In this document: positions 1 to 11,959 of the stretch, one piece after another
How positions within the stretch are numbered: position 1 is the first letter of the stretch
Layout: each line of letters opens with the position of its first letter
DNA from: Eledone cirrhosa
Lineage: Eukaryota
NCBI GenBank assembly: GCA_964016885.1
Contig: OZ024757.1
Coordinates: forward strand, 28,644,001 to 28,708,000
Direction of reading: 5' to 3'
DNA: 64,000 bases
Made by a program: the position numbers and the translations under genes
The notes under the pieces: model-generated
Database searches by the model: none
The model's input: only the letters and a program-made list of their open reading frames with translations
What the model was told of the DNA's origin: nothing

Positions 1-1589
1 GCCACACAACAAAGATCAACGCCCTCACCACCACCACCACCCTTCTCCATCGCTACAAACAATAACATTCTACACCACCACAAGTACAAACAACAACCAC
101 CACATTACCCACTACTACTGCCACCACCATCAGGACATAGAATACCTATCTATATATAAATTTGAGCGACTTCCATTCGTCTGTCTCATAGTGGAAAAAC
201 TATAGCAAAATACTGTGTGAGTGTATGTGTGTGTGTGCTTGTGTGAATGTATGTGTTGAAAAAAAAATCTAGTATCATAAAACAGATTAACAATGACAAA
301 TAAAATAAACCAAGGGACAAAACTCAAATGACCCTATCGTATGAATATCAATGATTGATTTAACCCTTTCAATGCCAAATAGCTTGAAACCACTCCTAGA
401 GCTTGATTACATTGACCCCATAAGGATGAATGCACAACGTAACTATATGCTGCAAAGCATGTTATCCAATGTCTTGCTAATCCACCAGCTTCACCATCTT
501 AATAATTAGAAAGTTAGTTATATTCCTAAACTCCTACAAATTCTTGAGTATTTCCAAAATGATTTAAAAATAATATGAAGTGTCTTTCATTAAAACTAAG
601 GAGTTAAAGGATTATGTACTAAGTGCTTTATACGAAGAGAAAAAAATCTTGTGGCAACTTTCAATGATAAGGGGAGATAATTTCAATTAATTAAGAATTA
701 ATTTATATTTCTTTGAGGGAAGGTTTGATAAATACCACCACCAACAACAAACTAATATTTCTGCCACCACTACAACAAACAACACCCCTTCTACCACAAA
801 CACTACCACCATTCCCACAATTACACTATCAACACCAAGAGCAACTACAACAAACCGCACCACTGCCACTATACCACTATTACCTCCACCACCATCACAA
901 CTACAACCCACCAGCAACTGCACTACCATACCACTACTACACTCTACCACTAACACCACCTGGTGGGCTATCAAATCAGTGTCTAACCAGCCATACCTTG
1001 TAAATGTCAACAAGAGATAAACATGAATTAGTCTCATGCTGGTTATGTTTATTGGGTTATATTAGAGCTGAAGGGTTGTATAGGTAGGTGGTGGTGGTGG
1101 TGGTGGCGGTGTAATAGTGCGGGTTGGGTGGAAGTGGTGGTGATGGTGGAGGTGGTGATGGTGGTAGTGGTAGAATAGTGAGGATTGGGTCAAAGTAGTG
1201 GTGGTGATGGTAGTAGGGTTAGTATATTGTTGGTGGTAGTTGTGTACTGTGGTGATGGTTGTTGTGGTAGTACTAGAATAGTGAGGGTGATGGTGGTGGT
1301 ATTGGTGGCAGTAGTGTTAGAATATTGGTGGTGGTAGAAGTGAGGGTGTTAGTAGGGGGTAATTGTGTGTGTGTGTGTGAGGGGGGGTGAGAGTGTGTGT
1401 GGTAGAAAGCTTTCTCAGAAGCCTCCAGCAAAGATGTTCTTTCTTAAACAGCATGTAATGGAGAGAGAATGTGAGGGAGGGGAGGAAAGAGAGGAGAGAG
1501 AGAGGGGGCATATATAGAGGGGGGAGAGGGGGGAGCTGGGTGGATAGGGGTGGAGAGGGGGGAGATAGGGGTGAGGGGAGAGGGGGTGA

Positions 1590-1681
1590 GGGAAGAGAGA
1601 GGGGAGATGTGGGAGTGGGAGAGAGAGAGAGGGGCGAGAGAGAGAGGGGAGAGAGAGAGAGAGGGGAGAGAGAGAGAGGGG

Positions 1682-1712
<31 letters not shown>

Positions 1713-2351
1713 GAGAGAGAGAGGGGAGAGAGAGAGGGGAGAGAGAGAGGGGAGAGAGAGAGGGGAGAGAGAGAGGGGAGAGAGAGAGAGAGAGGGGAGA
1801 GAGAGAGAGGGAGGGAGAGAGGGGAGAGAGAGGAGAGAGTGAGAGGAGAGAGGGGAGAGAGAGAGGAGAGAGGAGAGAGAGAGGGGAGAGAGAGAGGAGA
1901 GAGAGGGGAGAGAGAGAGGAGAGAGAGAGGAGAGAGAGGGGAGAGAGAGAGGGGAGAGAGAGAGGAGAGAGAGAGAGGAGAGAGAGGGGAGAGAGAGAGG
2001 AGAGAGAGGGGAGAGAGAGAGGAGAGAGAGAGGAGAGAGAGGGGAGAGAGAGAGGAGAGAGAGGGGAGAGAGAGAGAGGAGAGAGAGGGGAGAGAGAGGG
2101 GGAGAGAGGGGAGAGAGAGGGGGAGAGAGAGGGGGAGAGGGGAGAGAGAGGGGGGAAAGAGAGGGGAGAGAGGGGAGAGAGAGAGGGGAGAGAGGGGAGA
2201 GAGAGAGGGGGGAGAGAGGGGGGAGAGAGAGAGAGGGGAGAGAGAGGGGGGGAGAGAGAGAGGGGGGAGAGAGAGAGAGGGGAGAGAGGGGGGAGAGAGA
2301 GAGGGGAGAGAGAGAAGGGGGAGAGAGGGGAGAGAGAGAGGAGGGAGGGAG
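1590..2351. repeat. Polypurine (GA/GGA/GGGA)n low-complexity tract
   Basis: About 760 bp of almost pure A/G on the + strand; source of the spurious E/R/G-rich ORFs. Confidence 0.95.
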
Positions 2352-2467
2352 ATGAATCTACAAATATTTATACAAATATTAAACAGATATTAATAGCATT
2401 GTAAAGAGAAGACGAAGGAGAGGAGGAAGGAAGACAAATAAATAAAAAGATGACAAAACACCTTTGT

Positions 2468-3722
2468 AATAATAATAATAATTTCTACAATAGGCACAAG
2501 GCCAGAAATTAAATCTGCCCCAGTGCATTACTAATACTTTATTTTATTGACGCCATAAGGATGAAAAGCAAAGCTAACCATGGCGGGATTTGAACTCTGA
2601 ACATAACTCAATGCTGTGAAGCATATTGTCTGACGCTCTACCGATACTGCCAATCTACCTTTAAAGTTTAATAATTGTTTCTACTTTAGGCACAAGGCCA
2701 GCAATTACCCAGTGCATTACTGGTACTTTTATTTTATCGACCCCGTAAGGATGAAAGGCAAAGTCAACCTCGGCGGGATTTGAACTCAGATCGTAAAGGG
2801 ACGTGTTGGAAAGCATGGCGTCCGACCCTCTACCGATACTGCCAATCCACTTTAATAATGGTATCTGATTTAGACACAAGGCAGTTTTCTTGGGGAGGAG
2901 AATGTCAATTAAATCAAGCCCCAGTGCATTACTGGTACTTTGCCTTTCATCCTTACGGGGTTGATAAAATAAAGCTAACCTCGGCAGGATTTGAACTCAG
3001 AACATAAAGGTGGTGGATAAAATGCTTTGCAGCATATAGTTACAACCCTTTAGATTTTTAGTTCAAATCCAGCCAAGGTCAATTTTGCTTTCATCCTTTT
3101 GGAGTCACTAAAATAAAAAGTACCAGTCAAGTACTGGGGTGAATATAAATATATTTCTCCTCCCCACAAATTGCAGGCACCGTTGAGGGTAACTTTGCCT
3201 TTCATCCTTACGGGGGTTGATAAAATAAAATACCAGTAATGCATTGGGGGGGGGGGGGGGGGGGCGATTTAATTGCTGGCCTTATCTCTAAATCAGAAAT
3301 TATTATTATTATTATTAAAAGGGTGGTGGATTGGCAGTATCAGTAGAGTGTCAGACAACATGCTTCCCAGCATACAGATATGACCCTTTCTCAGTTCAAA
3401 TCTGGCCTAGGGCAGCTTGTTGGCCTTGTGCCTAAATAAGAAACCATTTTCATTATTATTACATCCCTTTATGATCTAAGTTCAAATCCCGCCGAGGTTA
3501 ACTTTGCCTTTCATCCTTACGGGGTCGATAAAATAAAGTACCAGTCGCGCACTGGGGCCGATTTAATCGTCTTTCCCCTTCCCCAAAATTGATGGCCTTG
3601 TGCCTATATAAGAAACCAAATCCCGCCGAGGTTAACTTTGCCTTACGGGGTCGATAAAATAAAGTACCAGTAATGTACTGGATAATTGCTGGCCTTGTGC
3701 CAAAAGTAGAAACAATTATTAT
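2468..3722. mobile_element. Cluster of about 6-7 tRNA-derived SINE copies and fragments (family A, Meta-domain-like), both orientations
   Basis: Repeated module: A-box-like TGGCAGTATCGGTAGAG, B-box GAGTTCAAATCCC, body GCCTTTCATCCTTACGGGGTCGATAAAATAAAGTACCAG (resembles the Meta/Sauria-SINE central domain as recalled), tail GGCCTTGTGCC...AGAAAC followed by (ATT)n. Minus copies about 2470-3000, plus copies about 3005-3720. Confidence 0.8.
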
Positions 3723-4977
3723 TCCTATCTTCTTGTTATAACCTTTTTTACAGTCAAAACCCACTTTGTATCATTCTGTGCTGCCTGTAATGTTTTTCTT
3801 CATGTTAGCCCTTGTGACCAATAAAGAAACCATCATTATTATTATTATTATTTAGCCAATGCTAATCCTACAAACAATAACAGTTTATATAGTATTTATA
3901 TAGTATTTAAGTACACAAAGAGTCTATTTACTTTAATTTTTCATTAATCACCTAACCAAAGAAAGCTGAACACCCCCATGTCTTGGTCATCCACTGACCA
4001 GACCCTTCTAGAGTGAGGGGAAGGAGGGGAGTCTATGGTTGGTTTCCTGTCTAGGTGCAATGTCTGTATGTCTTTGTGTATTTACATTAGAGAAGGCAAT
4101 TTGTCTTAATTGATCTATTTTCTGTCTTTAGCATATAATACATACATACATAAATACATAAATATATATATATATAAATATATTTACATACATATATATA
4201 TTTACATATGTATATATATATATATATATAATATATTTACATATGTATATACATATATATATATGTATACATATATATATCTTAAAAGATATGTATTTCT
4301 TATTGTCCGTGAAAGACAATAAGTGATACAAAATGACATCAGGACATTTATTACAAGTGGTGTCTGACCACAAAAGACCACTTCACACCTTTACACTGGT
4401 TAATGGGAAAACCTGGCCAGTGACTACTACTATATACAACTACACTGACCCAAGACCACGGCTAACACCAATATAGCTCTAAGATGGTCAATAACAATAA
4501 CATGTGGACAATGGTAGGAGGCAATAGAAATTGCTATCATCATTACCATAGTTACTTCCTGTATTTTGTATCATTTCCATTTGTTGCTGTTCGCCCCCCC
4601 CCCCCCCCCTTTTTGGAGGGGGGGGGGTTGTTTTGTCTTATCAAATATTTAAAGAGATAAGTGTACAGTGTTGTTGATTGTGGTGATGGTGATAATGGGG
4701 CTAGTGGTGATGGTGATGCTGATGATGATGGTAAGGGGGCTAGTGGTGATGGTGATGATGATGGTAAGGGGGCTAGTGGTGATGGTGATGCTGATGATGG
4801 TGATTATGGGGCTGGTGGTAATGGTGATGCTGATGATGATGGTAAGGGGGCTAGTGATGATGGTGGTGGTGCTGATAATGATAATGTGGCTAGTAGTGAT
4901 GATAATGTGACTAGTAGTGGTGGTAGTGGTGGTGGTGCTGATGATGGGGCTAGCGGTGACGGCGATGATGCTATATA

Positions 4978-5054
4978 CAGGGTGTCCCCCAAAAATGCAT
5001 ACATACTTTTATTATAACACTGTTGAAGTGTGTATACATTTTTGGGACACCCTG
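4978..5054. mobile_element. Tc1/mariner-type mini-MITE (about 77 bp)
   Basis: TA-CAGGGTGTCCCCCAAAAATG...CATTTTTGGGACACCCTG-TA; nearly the whole element is an inverted repeat, with TA flanks. Confidence 0.8.
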
Positions 5055-5075
5055 TATGTGTGTGTATATACACTG

Positions 5076-5116
<41 letters not shown>

Positions 5117-5238
5117 TTGAGTGTGTTGTGCATATTTCAATATATATATATATTTATGAGTATGGGCGTGTGCATATAGATATGTATGTATGTGTATATA
5201 TATATTAGTACATGCATACATATATATATATATATATA

Positions 5239-5584
5239 TGGAGGCACATAGCTTAGTGGTTAGAGCATTGGGATTGCAATCGAAAGGTTGTGAGTTCAGT
5301 TCTCAGACCGGGTGATGTGTTGTTTCCTTGAGCAAGACACTTTATTTCACATTGCTCCAGTTTACTCAGCTGTAGAAATGAGATGATAGGGACTGGGGTC
5401 CCTATCATTCCACTGCAAAGTGGTCGTGGAGGTGCCATGGCAAAGAAGCACCCAGCACTCACTGTAAATGAGGTTGGTGTTAGGAAGGGCATCCAGCTGT
5501 AGAAATCAAGCCAGAATCAGTTCCCGTCCCACCCTTGCAAGCAGGGACAAGTGGACGTAAAATGATGATGATGATGATGATGAT
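5239..5584 (+). mobile_element. Full-length tRNA-derived CORE-SINE with RTE-derived tail (family B)
   Basis: tRNA-like head (GCTTAGTGGTTAGAGC...GAGTTCA), CORE-like CCTTGAGCAAGACACTT...CCAGTTTACTCAGCTGTAGAAATG, 3' end CCCGTCCCACCCTTGCAAGCAGGG...AAAA(TGA)n matching the LINE end near 61700-61753. Confidence 0.85.
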
Positions 5585-6287
5585 ATATGTGTAAATCTGT
5601 CTTGTAGTTATACATGTCATGTCCTGCAGTATTGTCAAAATTGAACCTTTCCCCTCTTCCTTACCCTCTTTTCACTCACCACTTTCTCTCTACTGCACCT
5701 CTAACTATCTATCTCTCTACCTCTGTCTCTATCTCTCTACCACACCTCCCTCTCTCTACCGCACCTCTAACTATCTATCTTTCTACCTTTGTCTATCTCT
5801 CTATCTCCCCCTCTCTCCCAGTATTTAACCATGTAATTAACACACGTTTGTCTCTGCCTGATTGCCTGTCAGTCTATCTGTATGTGTATCTAACTATACG
5901 CATATGTGTGTACACACTAACTTGTGTCTGTGTGTGTATCTAAGTGTTTATTGACCAGTCTCTCTCTATCTATGTGTGTATATGCCAATTTATCTGTATA
6001 TCTGACTATATATATATGTGTGTGTAATTCTATCTGTCTGGGTGTGTGTATATGTCTGAGTCTATGAATGTATATGCATGCATATACATGTATATGCATG
6101 CATGTGCATATACATGTATGTGAATGTGTGTCTGTGTGTATATGAATACATGAGTTTTGGATAGTGTAGTGGTGGTTTAGACACTAATTCTTAAAGGTCA
6201 GTCATTTATTTTAACTGAGAGGAGGAGGCCAGGTAGGGGGGGGAGAGGGACATTGTTTTAGTAAAAATACTTCTTAATATTATTATG

Positions 6288-7340
6288 AAGGGTGGTGGAT
6301 TGGCAGTGTCAGTAGAGGGTCGGACGCCATGCTTTGAAGCATAGAGTTACCTCCCTTTACGATCTGAGTTCAAATCCCGCCGAGGTTAACTTTGCCTTTC
6401 ATCCTTACAGGGTCGATAAAATAAAGTACCAGTAATGTACTGGGTAATTGCTGGCCTTGTGCCAAAAGTAGAAACAATTATATTATTATAAAGAAATCTT
6501 TATTAAAACATAAAGACATTGAAATTCCCATGACATGATCATCATCATCATCATGGTTATTATAATCATCATCATTATTATGGGAGAATTGGTAGAGCAT
6601 TTGACAAGATGCTTTGCAGTATAGAGTTATAGACCTTTACGTTCTGAGTTCAAATCACGCTTTTCATCCTTATCGGGGGTCAATAAAATAAAGAACCAGT
6701 CACGCACTGGGGTCGATATAATCGACTTTCCTCTCCCCCAAAATTGCTGGCCTTGTGCCTTAAGTAGAAACAATTATAGTGGATTGGCAGAATCGGTAGA
6801 GCGTCGGACAACATGCTTAGCGACATAGAGCTCAAATACTGACGAGGTTCCATAAAATAAAGTACCAGTAATGCACTGGGGTCGATATAATCGACTTTCT
6901 CCTCCCCAAAATTGCTGGCCTTGAGCCTAGCTCAGAAATCACTATTGGCGCAGTGAAGATTGGGAGCTGTCAAAATCATTAAAACATCAGACAAAATGCT
7001 TTGTGGTATTTGTTCTAGCTTCATATGGAGATCAACTATGTCAACTATTTGATAAAATAAAGTACCGGTTAACTACTAGGGTTGGTATAATCAACTGTCC
7101 CCTCCCCCTAAATTGCTGGCTTAGAAATTATTATTAGGGCAGGCAGTGGATTGGCAGAATCATTAGAGTGTCAGATGAAATGTATTGCAGTATTTTGTCA
7201 AGCCCTCTACCCACAACAGTCAACTTTGACTTTCATCTTTTCGAGGTCCGTGAAACAAAGTATCAGTAAAGTTCTGGGGTTGATGTAATCAACTTCTCCT
7301 CACTCTAAATTGCTAGCCTTGTGCTGAAATTCAACCATTA
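6288..7340 (+). mobile_element. Head-to-tail cluster of about 5 family A SINE copies of differing divergence
   Basis: Same A-box/B-box/body/tail module repeated in one orientation, mostly separated by short ATT-rich tails. Confidence 0.8.
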
Positions 7341-7418
7341 ATTTCTTGTTTGCTGGAAGTAGTCAATATATACGTGGTGGTAGTGGTGGTAGTTGGATAT
7401 TCACTTGACAATGGTTAA

Positions 7419-7595
7419 GTCTTTGGTATTTACATTACTCTATATTTACTATTGTATTTTTGAGGTAAAGGCTTATATAATATTGAATCTATGAGATTTT
7501 GAGTACAATACCTTAACATCAGTATGAGTGGCCAGTTACAACAGAAAGAGTTGAGAGAATTCTGGCCGGATATGGCCAGTTTAAATGCTAAAGGG
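7419..7595. mobile_element. piggyBac-like MITE (left end degenerate)
   Basis: Ends in GCTAAAGGG-TTAA; TTAA at 7415-7418; internal sequence homologous to the copies at 7758 and 22331. Confidence 0.7.
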
Positions 7596-7757
7596 TTAAA
7601 ACAGTTAATAATGCAGTTAAGTTGACCAGTCCAGTCCAAGTCCAACCACAATAGAAGCTGTAATAATGGAATGTTGACATAAGAAGGAGAAACAATGTTG
7701 TTATTTTCATCTTGGTCACAGTCATTAGTCTGAAGGGGTGCTGGGGCACCACCTTAA

Positions 7758-7909
7758 CCCTTTAATGTTCAAACCGGCCAGAATTCTCTACTTCTTTCTG
7801 TTGAAACTGGCTGTAGCTGGCTACTCATAGATTTGATATTATGTGAGATAATTATGCGAGGTAAAGCCTTTTACCATGAAAATATAATAGTAAATATAGT
7901 GTTAAAGGG
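7758..7909. mobile_element. piggyBac-like MITE with TTAA target-site duplication
   Basis: TTAA-CCCTTTAA...TTAAAGGG-TTAA; inverted relative to the 7419 copy; appears to interrupt an older SINE-like sequence. Confidence 0.8.
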
Positions 7910-8503
7910 TTAAAGGGATTTAGTCCATAATATTGACTACAGTTTTTTTATTTTGGTACCTACTTGATTGATCTCTTTTATGGGACATAAACATAGAACA
8001 CAGACACATACACACATCTATATATATATATATACACACACATATAACATTATATGTTATGTATATATATATATAACATTTATATATGTATATATATATA
8101 TATATATAACATATATATATATAGAAAACATGTTGGTGTTGAAAACCTTATTGCTTTGGTTGTTGTCGCAAATATTGCTTTTGTTGTTGTTGATGCTAAA
8201 GTAATTGTATGAAAGAGCTTAATAGAATGAAGGACTTTAAGAGGTCAATCAACTTCCCCAGCAGCCCCTAAACCTTTTACTGTATTGCTTGTAATAATGT
8301 TGTATAACAACAGATATCTGGTATTGTTATCAACAATGGGACAAAAGACAGGTAGTACATACACACACATCTCCCTTAAAATGACTAAAGGTAAACAACA
8401 CCTAAGTGGCCATTTGCACAATAACTTTAGTTACAGATGTGTTCAGGGTTTCTAAGTGTGTGAGTGTGGTGTAAACTGTAGTAAACACATATATATATAT
8501 ATA

Positions 8504-8581
8504 CAGGGTGTCCCCAAAAAATGAATACACACTTTTATTACAATGCTGTTAAAGTGTGCATGCATTTTTGAGGACACCCTG
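8504..8581. mobile_element. Tc1/mariner-type mini-MITE (same family as 4978)
   Basis: TA-CAGGGTGTCCCCAAAAAATG...CATTTTTGAGGACACCCTG-TA within (TA)n. Confidence 0.8.
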
Positions 8582-8676
8582 TATATATATTTGCAAGAGA
8601 TGTCAACATGAATGGACCTGTTATTTTTATCTAAAGATATTTTTTCCTATTCCAGCCCGCCCATCCCCTCAATCTA

Positions 8677-8712
8677 TCTTATGATGAAGGACTAGCGTCC
8701 GAAACGTTAAGA
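8677..8712 (+). ncRNA. Minimal type I hammerhead ribozyme motif, core C3 mutated (family H1, inside a repeat of about 140 bp at 8660-8800)
   Basis: TCTT-aTGATGA-A-GGAC-tagc-GTCC-GAAA-CG-TT-AAGA; identical to the 43095 copy except CTGATGA>ATGATGA. Confidence 0.65.
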
Positions 8713-8823
8713 CCCTCTTCCTGCAATATCAAGCGTTAACCTAATATATCCCTTCCATATACTGTACCGATTGTGTTATTATTTCTGTTTACCTTTTACA
8801 TATATATATATATATATATATAT

Positions 8824-9155
8824 ATGTAGGGGATCTCACAGGAGCACTGAGTGCAATGACAACTCTGGATGTCGGTGAGCATGTCCAGCTAACCTCAGTC
8901 TCCTCTGTGTCACTTTTGAGCTGACTTTTGGGAGGCTCCCATACAGCTCTGAGTTTTTCATCCTCAGCATCCTTGTGTAGCACCCATCCACCATCTGAGT
9001 GGACACACTGGAAGAGGAAGACAAAGGTTAACGTATGTTGATGCCCTAGGGACAGACACTTGTCTGTTGGAGACGCAGGACATGGCAGCGATAATGAGGG
9101 ACAGAGATCGCTGGAGAGAACTCGTCCATGGATCTCGGGAATTTTACCCGCCCTA
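8824..9155. mobile_element. 5'-inverted, truncated RTE/RTEX-clade LINE 3' end
   Basis: 8824-9000 is the reverse complement of about 12589-12785, and 9001-9155 matches 12786-12941 directly. Confidence 0.85.
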
Positions 9156-9254
9156 GAAAAATATATATATATACTCCCGTCTAACCCATGCTAGCATGGA
9201 AAGTGGATGTTAAACGAGGATGATGATGATGATGATGATACATACATATATATA

Positions 9255-9418
9255 TAGGAAAAGAGTCACGACCCGGATGGCTGAGCTCCAGCCGTTGAAA
9301 CAGCTGCAGCTCAGCCATCTCTCTACCTCTTTTCCTATTACCCACTCTACTACCCTAAGTATTGAGCACTCTGGTGCATTATGGTCCACCTGGTATCTTA
9401 CAACATCTTCTTTGTTAT
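9255..9418. repeat. Unclassified hairpin-headed interspersed repeat (family D)
   Basis: TAGGAAAAGAG...CTCTTTTCCTA inverted arms followed by CCCACTCTACTACCCTAAGTA...; homologues at 29573 and 51877. Confidence 0.7.
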
Positions 9419-9669
9419 ATATATATATATAATCAATGTTACTACAGGCCAGTGAAGATGCATGGCTTAATGGTTAGGGAATTTTTTGTCACAGTAATAA
9501 TCAACTTCTGGTATGAGAGGGATGTGCAATGCAGAATAAAATGTATTGAAGACACTGTGTATATATATATAAATTATTGCTAATTTTATGCAAATTTTTT
9601 TTACTTCCGTTGTCACTCTTGTCTTCATAAAAACAGTGACTATATTTCCATTATTTATTTTCAGAATAA

Positions 9670-10390
9670 TTGAAACACCCACTGGATCCAGACATGCTGT
9701 GGTTTTTCTCCGACGAGAAAAACTTCTGCCAAAACCAGAAGATCAACAGGTGGCTCACTGTCTCATCCAAAGACGTGCCCAGAGTCATGCAAACAAAGTT
9801 TCCAGCGACAACATTGGTCTTAGGTGTTGTCAGCAGTCAAGGTGCCATCATGCCACCTCACTTCTTCCCTGAGGGCCTCAAGCTGAACACCGATGGCTAC
9901 ATCTACGTTCTGAGTGAGGTAATAAAGCCCTGGATCGACCAGGTAGCTGCAGGTAGGCCGTACGTGTGGCAGCAAAACTCAGCGCCCTGCCATACCAGCC
10001 GAAAGACCCAAGCCTGGCTGTCAGAGAACTTCATCGATCACACTTCACCTGACATCTGGCCTCCCAGCTTGTCTGACTGCAACCCCCTCGACTTCTTTGT
10101 GTGGGGCGCAGTGGAATGAGACACCAACAGATCTAGCTGCAATACGAAAGACGATCTGAAAGCGAGGGTCACAAGTGCCTTTAGGGGCCTAAGTCGGGGG
10201 ACAGTGACAAAAGCCTGTAGCCGGTTCTGACGCCGCCATCAAAGCCAATGGCGGGTTTATTGAGTGAGATCGAAAGAACAAGTCATGAAGACAAACTGAC
10301 CCAAGTTTGATAAATAAATCTTAAAAAATAAAACTACTGTGTTACTTTTTCCTAGACAGTAATATTGCGACAGATATTGTCCGCACCCTG
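9670..10390 (+). pseudogene. maT-family (DD37D) Tc1/mariner transposase remnant with right TIR
   Basis: WFFSDEKNF...WQQ(N)SAPCH...WPPSLSDCNPLDFFVWG. There are 37 residues between the second catalytic position (D>N) and the third D. The frame continues through TGA stops to about 10267 (NGGFIE), and the element ends CCGCACCCTG-TA. Confidence 0.85.
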
Positions 10391-11959
10391 TATATAAATA
10401 CAAGTACTATTACATACATGGTAACACTCAGAACAAAATAAAAAAAGAACTGAATACCTTTGGTAGAGTAAATATTCAATATATATATTTATAGCTTTGA
10501 GAGAGAGAGATGTGTGTGTATCTAATAGAGGATGAAAGAATGAGGCAGTACCAGTAGTATTCTAGGGTTATATAGTCAACAATCTAATTGATCACCATTG
10601 TTGTTGTAAATATGGTTGTTGTTGTTGTTGCTGTTAATGTGTTGGTTAATTTGTTGTCATGTTTGTTGTTGTTGTTGTTAATATTGTTAAATGAGATTAT
10701 CTTTATGGGATTATAGTTTCTTCATTGAATCCATTAACGTGGTGGTAATGACGGGGGTAGTAGTGGTATTGATGGTGGTTGTTGTAGTTGGTGTTGGTGG
10801 TAGTGATGGTGGTGGTATTGCTGATGGTGTTGGTGGTAGTATCGCTGATAGTGTTGGTGGTGATGGCGGTGGTATTGATGGTGGCTTTTGTAGTTGGTGT
10901 TGGTGGTAGTATCGCTGATAGTGTTGGTGGTGATGGCGGTGGTATTGGTGGTGGCTGTTGTAGTTGGTGTTGGTGGTAATGGGGGGAGTTGTAATGTTGT
11001 TGCTGGTGGTGGTAGATGTGGAGAGTTAAGGCTGTGGTTGTGTGGTCAATGTGGTGATGTGGCAGTGGTAGAAGGTTGTCATAATTCAGTTTCTCTGACC
11101 TCACTGATCCTCACTCCCCACTTTCCCCCCCCCCCCCCCCCCCCCACTTTCCCCTCACCCCTTATGAAATTAACAGAAAATCTTTTTCTTTCCTTCCACC
11201 TCCAAAAAGTTACATTCAAGAAAACAAATTAATTTCACAGGGAGGTGGTGTGGGGTTTGTGAGAGACAGTGGAGAGAGAGAGATAAGGGAAGGGGGGGAG
11301 AGAGAGATAGGAAAAGAGGGAGAGAGAGAGATAGGGCAAGAGAGAGAGATAGGGAAAGAGGGAGAGAGATAGGGTGATAGTACAAGAGGGAGAGAGAGAT
11401 AGGGTGATAGTGCAAGAGGAAGAGAGAGATAGGGTGATAGTGCAAGAGGAAGAGAGAGATGGGGTGATAGTGCAAGAGAAGAGAGAGATAGGATGATAGG
11501 GCAAGAGGGAGAGAGAGATAGGATGATAGGGCAAGAGGGAGAGAGAGATAGAGCAAGAGGGAGAGAGAGAGAGCAAGAGGGAGAGAGAGAGAGCAAGAGG
11601 GAGAGAGAGAGAGAGCAAGCGGGAGAGAGAGAGAGAGCAAGAGGGAGAGAGAGATAGGGAAAGAGGTAGCGAGAAAGATAAGGAAAGAGAGAGAGTGAGG
11701 AGAAAGATAAGGAAAGAGAGAGAGTGAGGAGAAAGTTAGGGTTGGGAAATAGAAAAATGAAGAAATCTTGTCGATGGAAGAGGATGTGGAGATAAATCTA
11801 GAGAGAAAAGGAAAAAATAACTAAACAGTCTATTTAAGAGTACATTACCCAGTACTACATTATCCTTCAGTAATAGGTGATGCGAGGAAACATAGCTGCT
11901 ATCTCTACCAAGTCAAACGACTGCATTGAAGCTCGCCCATTGGTTTCAAAATTAAAACC

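Noticed and set aside
1471-2404. E/R/G-rich ORFs
   Set aside because: A polypurine repeat cannot encode stops; it is open in all three frames.
4661-5017. G/D-rich ORF resembling a structural protein
   Set aside because: Degenerate (GGT/GAT)n repeat that runs into a MITE; no splice or domain support.
5239-5310. tRNA gene
   Set aside because: A and B boxes are present, but the sequence continues into a SINE body and tail and recurs as such; these are SINE heads.
9640-9670. Splice-acceptor-like TTTTCAG just before the transposase remnant, suggesting an intron or exonisation
   Set aside because: No upstream transposase exon or donor found; the remnant has stops and a mutated catalytic Asp.
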